Source: Haliotis rubra (Eukaryota). Taken from it: a DNA stretch of 64,000 nt. The stretch is from NCBI RefSeq assembly GCF_003918875.1, contig NW_025765714.1:1302001-1366000 (forward strand). The letters run 5' to 3'. Of the stretch, positions 52,140-64,000 are shown in pieces (the first letter of the stretch is position 1; the number at the start of each line of letters is the position of its first letter). Both the position numbers and the translations under genes were made by a program. Below the pieces are notes generated by a model. It was given only the letters and a program-made list of their open reading frames with translations, did no database searches and was not told the DNA's origin.

Positions 52140-52516
52140 ATTAAATACCAACCTAAACACCTGAACATAGTGCAGTCACAACAAAATATCACACATTATA
52201 GCCACAAATTTAGCATATCTTTGCTACATGCATGGTAAGTACTTCATAAAAATATTCAAATCATTGCCTGTGCTAGAGAATCAGCTATTCACTAAGTCTC
52301 GCACACTACGTAGAATATAACATTTGTGTGTATATTTAGGTATTTAGTTGTAAACAAACCTTGAAAGTTCAATGTCTTCCAATTGCATCTACTTCTTTCA
52401 GACTTGAGTGTTTAAAAGGCTTGCAAAGCTGACCCTGAGGTGAATAACAGGGGCAGCCATTCAGCCGGAACATTTGGCCTGGGTGAAAGTTGTGACTGAC
52501 CGAACAAAATCTACTG

Positions 52517-54403
52517 AAACTGTTGAAGGTGCACGTAGGTGGAACCTTCGTACCACCTGACACAGTGGGAACTGTTGAAGGTGCATGTAGGTGGAACCTT
52601 CGTACCACCTGACACAGTGGGAACTGTTGAAGGTGCATGTAGGTGGAACCTTCGTACCACCTGACACAGTGGGAACTGTTGAAGGTGCATGTAGGTGGAA
52701 CCTTCGTACCACCTGACACAGTGGGAACTGTTGAAGGTGCATGTAGGTGGAACCTTCGTACCACCTGACACAGTGGGAACTGTTGAAGGTGCATGTAGGT
52801 GGAACCTTCATACCACCTGACACAGTGGGAACTGTTGAAGGTGCATGTAGGTGGAACCTTCGTACCACCTGACACAGTGGGAACTGTTGAAGGTGCATGT
52901 AGGTGGAACCTTCATACCACACCTGACACAGTGGGAACTGTTGAAGGTGCATGTAGGTGGAACCTTCATACCAGCTGACACAGTGGGAACTGTTGAAGGT
53001 GCATGTAGGTGGGTACCACCCGGACACAGTGGGAACTGTTGAAGGTGCATGTAGGTGGAACCTTCGTACCCACACAGTGGGAACTGTTGAAGGTGCCACA
53101 CCTGACACAGTGGGAACTGTTGAAGGTGCATGTAGGTGGTACCACCTGACACAGTGGGAACTGTTGAAGGTGCATGTAGGTGGAACCTTCGTACCACCTG
53201 ACACAGTGGGAACTGTTGAAGGTGCATGTAGGTGGAACCTTCGTACCACCTGACACAGTGGGAACTGTTGAAGGTGCATGTAGGTGGAACCTTCATGTAG
53301 GTGGAACCACACCTGACACAGTGGGAACTGTTGAAGGTGCATGTAGGTGGAACCTTCGTACCACCTGACACAGTGGGAACTGTTGAAGGTGCATGTAGGT
53401 GGAACCTTCGTACCCTGACACAGTGGGAACTGTTGAAGGTGCATGTAGGTGGAACCTTCGTACCACCTGACACAGTGGGAACTGTTGGAACTGCTGTACC
53501 ACCTGACACAGTGGGAACTGTTGAAGGTGCATGTAGGTACCAGCTGACACAGTGGGAACTGTTGAAGGTGCATGTAGGTGGAACCTTCGTACCACCTGAC
53601 ACAGTGGGAACTGTTGAAGGTGCATGTAGGTGGAACCTTCATACCAGCTGACACAGGGGGAACTGTTGAAGGTGCATGTAGGTACCACCTGACACAGTGG
53701 GAACTGTTGAAGGTGCATGTAGGTGGAACCTTCATACCACCTGACACAGTGGGAACTGTTGAAGGTGCATGTAGGTGGAACCTTCGTACCACCTGACACA
53801 GTGGGAACTGTTGAAGGTGCATGTAGGTGGAACCTTCTGTACCACCCTGACACAGTGGGAACTGTTGAAGGTGCATGTAGGTGGAACCTTCGTACCACCT
53901 GACACAGTGGGAACTGTTGAAGGTGCATGTAGGTGGAACCTTCGTACCACCTGACACAGTGGGAACTGTTGAAGGTGCATGTAGGTGGAACCTTCGTACC
54001 ACCTGACACAGTGGGAACTGTTGAAGGTGCGTGTAGGTGGAACCTTCATACCAGCTGACACAGTGGGAACTGTTGAAGGTGCATGTAGGTGGAACCTTCG
54101 TACCACCTGACACAGTGGGAACTGTTGAAGGTGCATGTAGGTACCACCTGACACAGTGGGAACTGTTGAAGGTGCATGTAGGTGGAACCTTCGCACCACC
54201 TGACACAGTGGGAACTGTTGAAGGTGCATGTAGGTACCACCTGACACAGTGGGAACTGTTGAAGGTGCATGTAGGTGGAACCTTTGTACCACCTGACACA
54301 GTGGGAACTGTTGAAGGTGCATGTAGGTACCACCTGACACAGTGGGAACTGTTGAAGGTGCATGTAGGTGGAACCTTCATACCAACTGACACAGTGGGAA
54401 CTG
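52517..54403 (+). repeat. 52-bp minisatellite with a 40-bp deletion variant
   Basis: Unit ctgacacagtgggaactgttgaaggtgcatgtaggtggaaccttcgtaccac. Confidence 0.97.
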
Positions 54404-55875
54404 AACTTTATGATAATAATAGGCAACTCTGACATACCATAAGCATATAACAAAAATGATCTCAAGAAACAGATTTTTTTATTTGATGTTATTTTTTTAC
54501 ATTTTCACGCACACATGCAAAGAAAATGTTAGAAGGAGAATAGGTTTTGTTTTTGGATTCAAATTGCCAGGTTCAATCAAAGGTCAGGAAATAATTTTGA
54601 AAATTAGTAGATCGACCAGAGCTTTGGTTTATTAATATAGGTACTACACAAATCTAACAAAAGTAACTGCTTATTTTTTAAATGTGCGTGTAATGCATAA
54701 TGATCTCTGACTTCTGTAAACACATTATGAACAGAGCAAGCCTTGGCTGACATAGGCAAGTACATGTACATCTCACTGTAGTTGTAACAGAGTACACATT
54801 TCTTTCCCAAACTGTACCAAGACACCCATACAGCTGGATGGTAAATATAATAACTTTGTTTAACTAAACACATTCAAATAACCAATGAATCATGCGAGGT
54901 TTTTGGGTGTAAGCTAGATATGCCTTGCACTGTTAATACATGTTCCGAGACAGGATGAGTCAATGTAGGCAGGTATAACAAATGTTTCTGGTGACATGTA
55001 CAGTATTTGGAAGGTCATATTTTAGATCATTGTAAATATGCAAATACATATCAATTGCTCTCGAGCTGAGTAGTCTCATTATGCTGACCAATAGAACCAC
55101 TCCTCTGTGAAGATCTCAGCTTTATAGTCTGAAACTATGTTATGGAAGTGCTTGTTCATTTCTTAGTTCTGTAAACAGATAAAGCACACGAAAACATGGA
55201 ACCAACCTGTCATCTGTATTTACCTGTAGTAAATATACAAAGTTTGCTTTAAATAGACTCAGTAAGCCTTATGTCCAAATTGATCTGGTAATGTTCTTGG
55301 TGTCCCACTGGTTGTGATATGGCTGGAATAATGTATTAATGGCATATAGTTACCCTCCCCCACACAGTCACTCAGTGATGGGTACATCTTTCTTGTATCA
55401 TATGGCTGGTGAATATATTTGTAATTTCTAAATTATGTGCAACTGTTTGCTACAGAGACCAATTCACTTGCTTTATGTACATGTACATATTTCATAAGAC
55501 AGGGTTCATATAACCTTATCTTCAGTGTCATGTCCTACAGGCCTACTGGAACTCCTCACCTCTCAGCCTTTAGTGTTGGCACAGGAATGAATTATGTTCT
55601 CCAGCACCATCACTCTTGAATTGAGAGATACCTACTGATACAGTATGAATCCTGATTGTATGATACTTGTTGTTTTGTGTTCAAGTTAAAATGGGGTAAA
55701 ACATACAATACTTCATATGCACCTTCAACCCAGAGTCTGAACACCATAGGATCTTGTAAGTCATGCATTCATCTATCTGAATATGGGGAAAATGTCAGGC
55801 AGTTAAAACATTTAATAGACCAGCTTCTGGTGTTTCAAGAATTGATTTCCTGGCAAATCATAGGGTTAATTTGAC

Positions 55876-56165
55876 AGGGACCGTTCATGATTTATGGCTA
55901 GGGGGTTGGTGATGATGACTTTAAGGGGGGTCACCCATTTTTTTTCTGAGGAGGGGGTGTGGTCATACACTTGTACTAGGGGACATCATCAATTTTGTAC
56001 TTAACAATATTAAAAAAAGTTATGCTTAAAAGAATTGGGGAGGGTGGGTGTCATTGATTTTGTACATGACATGCGGGGTGGGTGTGGGTGTTTCAATTAC
56101 ATTGTCCATAAATGGTTTTTTTTGGGAGGGTCATTCACATTGTACATGCTTCTACATAAAAATCA

Positions 56166-56167
<2 letters not shown>
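55876..56167 (+). mobile_element. Dispersed G-tract repeat, copy 2
   Basis: Same start and shared blocks (catcaattttgtac, attgattttgt, gggtcattcacattgt..catgcttct). Confidence 0.6.

Positions 56168-56241
<74 letters not shown>
56168..56241 (+). repeat. (CA)n microsatellite
   Basis: About 37 perfect CA units. Confidence 0.98.
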
Positions 56242-56242
<1 letters not shown>

Positions 56243-57285
56243 ATGATGTGATTGTTTTGTGAACTGGTTGTAACATCTGCTCAGGGGTTTGAAGGTGTAG
56301 TCAGGTATGTAGTACGTCATCAATAAGTCAATAAGTAAGCAGTAAGTTTGCAGTGTCTGTGTGATGCTGTATACTGATAGTGATATATGAGTGACACCGT
56401 AACTTGAAGCAGTCATGTGATGAGTACCCATCATCAGAGGAGATGGTTGGCAATCTCTGCTTTCCATTACTCATGATTCATTCAAAATTAGTCTTTTTTG
56501 CCTAATGTTTTTACAGCCCTCTTTCTGTTTTCTGCCATAACTTGAACTTGATATTCCAATCTATCATGTATTTCCTCTGCTATGCAAAATGTAAATCATT
56601 AAAATTGCATTTAAGGTTAAACATTTACTCGGAGAAGGAACATTTACCAAGTGGGGTTAAATCGACCCTAAATGCAGGTAAACACTTGAGGCAGACTCGG
56701 CAAGCCGGCCTCCCTCTTGGTAACACAGGAGCCTTGATGACAGTGAAACAAGCTATGTAAGCCTTCATTGGGAGACCTGGCAGGCCTCTGCCATGCTGGT
56801 ATGGAGGGCCATCTTACAGGGGGACTACTGTATGTCAAAGTTTGTGTTTATGAATGATAAGAAAAATACTTGCTTGACTTAACAGATTTTGTGACGTCAG
56901 GCATTCATGTCTTGCAAAGTAGTGTCAGTCACACCCACTTTTAGTGACAAAGTGATAAACCGTTTTGCTTTGTTGGGTTTAGGTTAGTATGTAGGGTGTT
57001 CATCTTAAATGAAACATAAAGGTTTATATGTCATAAAATGATGAATAAATCTGTTGAATTGTTTGAAGATAGTATCTACTTTATTTACAAAGAAAATATT
57101 AATATACAATTTATTTCATGATTACTAACAAATTGATTGGTTTAATATTAGCTTTCCCAGAAACATATTTAGTTTTGTCATTTCCCCTTATTAATTGAGT
57201 AGGCTTATTCAGGACAGACAGGAGTATTTTCTCTTCGGTGATAACAGTTCCAAATATCCCAGCATTCAGATGAGCTTTACAGCTT

Positions 57286-60200
57286 CATGGCTGATCCTCC
57301 CAACCACAACACTGAACAGCCTCTACATGGCTGATGTTCCCCATCACAACACTGAACAGCCTCTACATGGCTGATGTTCCCCATCACAACACTGAACAGC
57401 CTCTACATGGCTGATGTTCCCCATCACAACACTGAACAGCCTCTACATGGCTGATGTTCCCCATCACAACACTGAACAGCCTCTACATGGCTGATGTTCC
57501 CAACCACAACACTGAACAGCCTCTACATGGCTGATGTTCCCCATCACAACACTGAACAGCCTCTACATGGCTGATGTTCCCCATCACAACACTGAACAGC
57601 CTCTACATGGCCGATCCTCCCAACCACAACACTGAACAGCCTCTACATGGCTGATGTTCCCCATCACAACACTGAACAGCCTCTACATGGTTGATGTTCC
57701 CCATCACAACACTGAACAGCCTCTACATGGCTGATGTTCCCCATCACAACACTGAACAGCCTCTACATGGCTGATGTTCCCCATCACAACACTGAACAGC
57801 CTCTACATGGTTGATGTTTCCCCATCACAACACTGAACAGCCTCTACATGGCTGATGTTCCCCATCACAACACTGAACAGCCTCTACATGGCTGATGTTT
57901 CCCCATCACAACACTGAACAGCCTCTACATGGTTGATGTTCCCCATCACAACACTGAACAGCCTCTACATGGCTGATGTTCCCCATCACAACACTGAACA
58001 GCCTCTACATGGCTGATCCTCCCAACCACAACACTGAACAGCCTCTACATGGCTGATGTTCCCCATCACAACACTGAACAGCCTCTACATGGCTGATGTT
58101 CCCCATCACAACACTGAACAGCCTCTACATGGCTGATGTTCCCCATCACAACACTGAACAGCCTCTACATGGCTGATGTTCCCCATCACAACACTGAACA
58201 GCCTCTACATGGCTGATGTTCCCAACACAACACTGAACAGCCTCTACATGGCTGATGTTCCCAACCACAACACTGAACAGCCTCTACATGGCTGATGTTC
58301 CCCATCACAACACTGAACAGCCTCTACATGGCTGATGTTCCCCATCACAACACTGAACAGCCTCTACATGGCTGATGTTCCCATCACAACACTGAACAGC
58401 CTCTACATGGCTGATGTTCCCAACCACAACACTGAACAGCCTCTACATGGTTGATGTTCCCCATCACAACACTGAACAGCCTCTACATGGCTGATGTTCC
58501 TAACCACAACACTGAACAGCCTCTACATGGCTGATGTTCCCATCACAACACTGAACAGCCTCTACATGGCTGATGTTCCCCATCACAACACTGAACAGCC
58601 TCTACATGGCTGATGTTCCCCCAACCACAACACTGAACAGCCTCTACATGGCTGATGTTCCCCATCACAACACTGAACAGCCTCTCATGGCTGATGTTTC
58701 CATCACAACACTGAACAGCCTCTACATGGCTGATGTTCCCAACCACAACACTGAACAGCTTCTCTACATGGCTGATGTTCCATCACAACACTGAACAGCC
58801 TCTACATGGCTGATGTTCCCCCACAACACTGAACAGCTCTCACTGAACAACACTGAACAGCCTTACATGGCTGATGTTCCCATCACAACACTGAACAGCC
58901 TCTACATGGCTGATGTTCCCCATCACAACACTGAACAGCCTCTACATGGCTGATGTTCCCCATCACAACACTGAACAGCCTCTACATGGCTGATGTTCCC
59001 AATCACAACACTGAACAGCCTCTACATGGCTGATGTTCCCCATCACAACACTGAACAGCCTCTACATGGCTGATGTTCCCCATCACAACACTGAACAGCC
59101 TCTACATGGCTGATGTTCCCCATCACAACACTGAACAGCTCTACATGGCTGATGTTCCCCATCACAACACTGAACAGCCTCTACATGGCTGATGTTCCCC
59201 ATCACAACACTGAACAGCCTCTACATGGCTGATGTTCCCCATCACAACACTGAACAGCCTCTACATGGCTGATGTTCCCATCACAACACTGAACAGCCTC
59301 TACATGGCTGATGTTCCCCATCACAACACTGAACAGCCTCTACATGGCTGATGTTCCCCATCACAACACTGAACAGCCTCTACATGGCTGATGTTCCCAT
59401 CACAACACTGAACAGCCTCTACATGGCTGATGTTCCCCATCACAACACTGAACAGCCTCTACATGGCTGATGTTCCCCATCACAACACTGAACAGCCTCT
59501 ACATGGCTGATGTTCCCCATCACAACACTGAACAGCCTCTACATGGCTGATGTTCCCCATCACAACACTGAACAGCTTCTACATGGCTGATGTTCCCCAT
59601 CACAACACTGAACAGCCTCTACATGGCTGATGTTCCCCATCACAACACTGAACAGCCTCTACATGGCTGATGTTCCCCATCACAACACTGAACAGCCTCT
59701 ACATGGCTGATGTTCCCCATCACAACACTGAACAGCCTCTACATGGCTGATGTTCCCCATCACAACACTGAACAGCCTCTACATGGCTGATGTTCCCCAT
59801 CACAACACTGAACAGCTTCTACATGGCTGATGTTCCCCATCACAACACTGAACAGCCTCTACATGGCTGATGTTCCCCATCACAACACTGAACAGCCTCT
59901 ACATGGCTGATGTTCCCATCACAACACTGAACAGCCTCTACATGGCTGATGTTCCCCCCATCACAACACTGAACAGCCTCTACATGGCTGATGTTCCCCA
60001 TCACAACACTGAACAGCCTCTACATGGCTGATGTTCCCCATCACAACACTGAACAGCCTCTACATGGCTGATGTTCCCCATCACAACACTGAACAGCCTC
60101 TACATGGCTGATGTTCCCAACCACAACACTGAACAGCCTCTACATGGCTGATGTTCCCCATCACAACACTGAACAGCCTCTACATGGCTGATGTTCCCCA

Positions 60201-63200
60201 TCACAACACTGAACAGCCTCTACATGGCTGATGTTCCCCATCACAACACTGAACAGCCTCTACATGGCTGATGTTCCCAACCACAACACTGAACAGCCTC
60301 TACATGGCTGATGTTCCCCATCACAACACTGAACAGCCTCTACATGGCTGATGTTCCCATCACAACACTGAACAGCCTCTACATGGCTGATGTTCCCAAC
60401 CACAACACTGAACAGCCTCTACATGGCTGATGTTCCCCATCACAACACTGAACAGCCTCTACATGGCTGATGTTCCCCATCACAACACTGAACAGCCTCT
60501 ACATGGCTGATGTTCCCCATCACAACACTGAACAGCCTCTACATGGCTGATGTTCCCCATCACAACACTGAACAGCCTCTACATGGTTGATGTTCCCCAT
60601 CACAACACTGAACAGCCTCTACATGGCTGATGTTCCCCATCACAACACTGAAAAGCCTCTACATGGCTGATGTTCCCCATCACAACACTGAACAGCCTCT
60701 ACATGGCTGATGTTCCCCATCACAACACTGAACAGCCTCTACATGGCTGATGTTCCCCATCACAACACTGAACAGCCTCTACATGGCTGATGTTCCCAAC
60801 CACAACACTGAACAGCCTCTACATGGCTGATGTTCCCCATCACAACACTGAACAGCCTCTACATGGCTGATGTTCCCCATCACAACACTGAACAGCCTCT
60901 ACATGGCTGATGTTCCCCATCACAACACTGAACAGCCTCTACATGGCTGATCCTCCCAACCACAACACTGAACAGCCTCTACATGGCTGATGTTCCCCAT
61001 CACAACACTGAACAGCCTCTACATGGCTGATGTTCCCCATCACAACACTGAACAGCCTCTACATGGCTGATGTTCCCAACCACAACACTGAACAGCCTCT
61101 ACATGGCTGATGTTCCCAACCACAACACTGAACAGCCTCTACATGGCTGATGTTCCCCATCACAACACTGAACAGCCTCTACATGGCTGATGTTCCCCAT
61201 CACAACACTGAACAGCCTCTACATGGCTGATGTTCCCCATCACAACACTGAACAGCCTCTACATGGCTGATGTTCCCAACCACAACACTGAACAGCCTCC
61301 ACATGGTTGATGTTCCCCATCACAACACTGAACAGCCTCTACATGGCTGATGTTCCCAACCACAACACTGAACAGCCTCTACATGGCTGATGTTCCCCAT
61401 CACAACACTGAACAGCCTCTACATGGCTGATCCTCCAAACCACAACACTGAACAGCCTCTACATGGCTGATGTTCCCCATCACAACACTGAACAGCCTCT
61501 ACATGGCTGATGTTCCCCATCACAACACTGAACAGCCTCTACATGGCTGATGTTCCCCATCACAACACTGAACAGCCTCTACATGGCTGATGTTCCCCAT
61601 CACAACACTGAACAGCCTCTACATGGCTGATGTTCCCCATCACAACACTGAACAGCCTCTACATGGCTGATGTTCCCAACCACAACACTGAACAGCCTCT
61701 ACATGGCTGATGTTCCCCATCACAACACTGAACAGCCTCTACATGGCCGATGTTCTCCATCACAACACTGAACAGCCTCTACATGGCTGATGTTCCCCAT
61801 CACAACACTGAACAGCCTCTACATGGCTGATGTTCCCCATCACAACACTGAACAGCCTCTACATGGCTGATGTTCCCCATCACAACACTGAACAGCTTCT
61901 ACAAGGCTGATGTTCCCCATCACAACACTGAACAGCCTCTACATGGCTGATGTTCCCCATCACAACACTGAACAGCCTCTACATGGCTGATGTTCCCCAT
62001 CACAACACTGAACAGCTTCTACATGGCTGATGTTCCCCATCACAACACTGAACAGCCTCTACATGGCTGATGTTCCCCATCACAACACTGAACAGCCTCT
62101 ACATGGCTGATGTTCCCCATCACAACACTGAACAGCTTCTATAAGGCTGATGTTCCCCATCACAACACTGAAAAGCCTCTACATGGCTGATGTTCCCCAT
62201 CACAACACTGAACAGCCTCTACATGGCTGATGTTCCCCATCACAACACTGAACAGCTTCTACAAGGCTGATGTTCCCCATCACAACACTGAACAGCCTCT
62301 ACATGGCTGATGTTCCCCATCACAACACTGAACAGCCTCTACATGGCTGATGTTCCCCATCACAACACTGAACAGCTTCTACAAGGCTGATGTTCCCCAT
62401 CACAACACTGAACAGCCTCTACATGGCTGATGTTCCCCATCACAACACTGAACAGCCTCTACATGGCTGATGTTCCCCATCACAACACTGAACAGCCTCT
62501 ACATGGCTGATGTTCCCCATCACAACACTGAACAGCCTCTACATGGCTGATGTTCCCAACCACAGAACTAAACATCCTCTACATGGCTGATGTTCCCCAT
62601 CACAACACTGAACAGCTTCTACAAGGCTGATGTTCCCCATCACAACACTGAACAGCCTCTACATGGCTGATGTTCCCCATCACAACACTGAACAGCCTCT
62701 ACATGGCTGATGTTCCCCATCACAACACTGAACAGCTTCTACAAGGCTGATGTTCCCCATCACAACACTGAACAGCCTCTACATGGCTGATGTTCCCCAT
62801 CACAACACTGAACAGCCTCTACATGGCTGATGTTCCCAACCACAACACTGAACAGCCTCTACATGGCTGATGTTCCCCATCACAACACTGAACAGCCTCT
62901 ACATGGCTGATGTTCCCCATCACAACACTGAACAGCCTCTACATGGCCGATCCTCCAAACCACAACACTGAACAGCCTCTACATGGCTGATGTTCCCCAT
63001 CACAACACTGAACAGCCTCTACATGGCTGATGTTCCCCATCACAACACTGAACAGAACAGCTCTACATGGCTGATGTTCCCCATCACAACACTGAACAGC
63101 CTCTACATGGCTGATGTTCCCCATCACAACACTGAACAGCCTCTACATGGCTGATGTTCCCCATCACAACACTGAACAGCCTCTACATGGCTGATGTTCC

Positions 63201-63790
63201 CCATCACAACACTGAACAGCCTCTACATGGCTGATCCTCCCAACCACAGAACTGAACATCCTCTACATGGCTGATGTTCCCCATCACAACACTGAACAGC
63301 CTCTACATGGCTGATCCTCCCAACCACAGAAATAAACAGCCTCTACATGTCTGATGTTCCCCATCACAACACTGAACAGCCTCTACATGGCTGATGTTCC
63401 CCATCACAACACTGAACAGCCTCTACATGGCTGATGTTCCCCATCACAACACTGAACAGCCTCTACATGGCTGATGTTCCCCATCACAACACTGAACAGC
63501 CTCTACATGGCTGATGTTCCCCATCACAACACTGAACAGCCTCTACATGGCTGATGTTCCCCATCACAACACTGAACAGCCTCCACATGGTTTGATGTTC
63601 CCCATCACAACACTGAACAGCCTCTACATGGTTGATGTTCCCCATCACAACACTGAACAGCCTCTACATGGCTGATGTTCCCCATCACAACACTGAACAG
63701 CCTCTACATGGCTGATGTTCCCAACCACAACACTGAACAGCCTCTACATGGCTGATGTTCCCCATCACAACACTGAACAGCCTTTACATG
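57286..63790 (+). repeat. 40-bp tandem array, about 6.5 kb and 160 copies
   Basis: Unit ctctacatggctgatgttccccatcacaacactgaacagc. Confidence 0.98.
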
Positions 63791-63894
63791 GTGCGAGCTT
63801 GTGATGTAAGGAAGTTTCTTCACAACCATATTCAATGTAAAAAATTCTATCAAAAACTGTTGCAGTTTTTTATAGAACTTTCAGTGCAGCATTT

Positions 63895-64000
63895 GGGGCG
63901 GTGGGGTAGCCTAGTGGTCAAAGCGTTCGCTCATAACACTGAAGACCCAGGTTCGATTCCCCACATGAGTACAATGTGTGAAGCCCATTTCTGGTGTCCG
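63895..64000 (+). mobile_element. SINE family A, cut by the window end
   Basis: ggggcggtggggtagcctagtgg...ggttcgattccccac head. Confidence 0.9.

Noticed and set aside
52369-54465. 643-aa and overlapping ORFs
   Set aside because: Stop-free strand of a minisatellite; the peptide cycles through all three frames.
57286-63790. CRISPR-like appearance of regular arrays (also 41487-43511)
   Set aside because: Head-to-tail monomers with no unique spacers, no cas genes, and a eukaryotic context.

Overview
Eukaryotic, AT-rich, intron-rich animal DNA. The tRNA-SINE family, the 36-52 bp intronic minisatellites and the gene content suggest a mollusc such as abalone (inference). Two complete genes were assembled by hand from splice sites, and they lie tail-to-tail. 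(1) An LRP11-like type I membrane protein on +, 7 coding exons, 1121..27012, 904 aa: signal peptide, MANSC, EB-like Cys module, LDLa, long low-complexity stalk, TM, and C-terminus EADYLINGMYL. (2) Protein-L-isoaspartate O-methyltransferase (PCMT1) on -, 5 core exons, 45815..35769, 229 aa. The same two genes are convergent neighbours in human. The most striking observation is that PCMT1 has an in-frame upstream ATG adding a signal-peptide-like 25 aa, plus a candidate 15-nt microexon giving a KDEL-like C-terminus (KPEL). Together these suggest a secretory-pathway protein-repair isoform. A third, unidentified gene appears to start head-to-head with LRP11 at the left edge. Introns and intergenic DNA hold a dead Tc1 (DD34E), a decayed DIRS retrotransposon with intact inverted termini and ICR, nested MITEs with readable target-site duplications, several SINEs, a Penelope-like palindrome and seven minisatellites. 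Most long ORFs in the supplied track are repeat artefacts.
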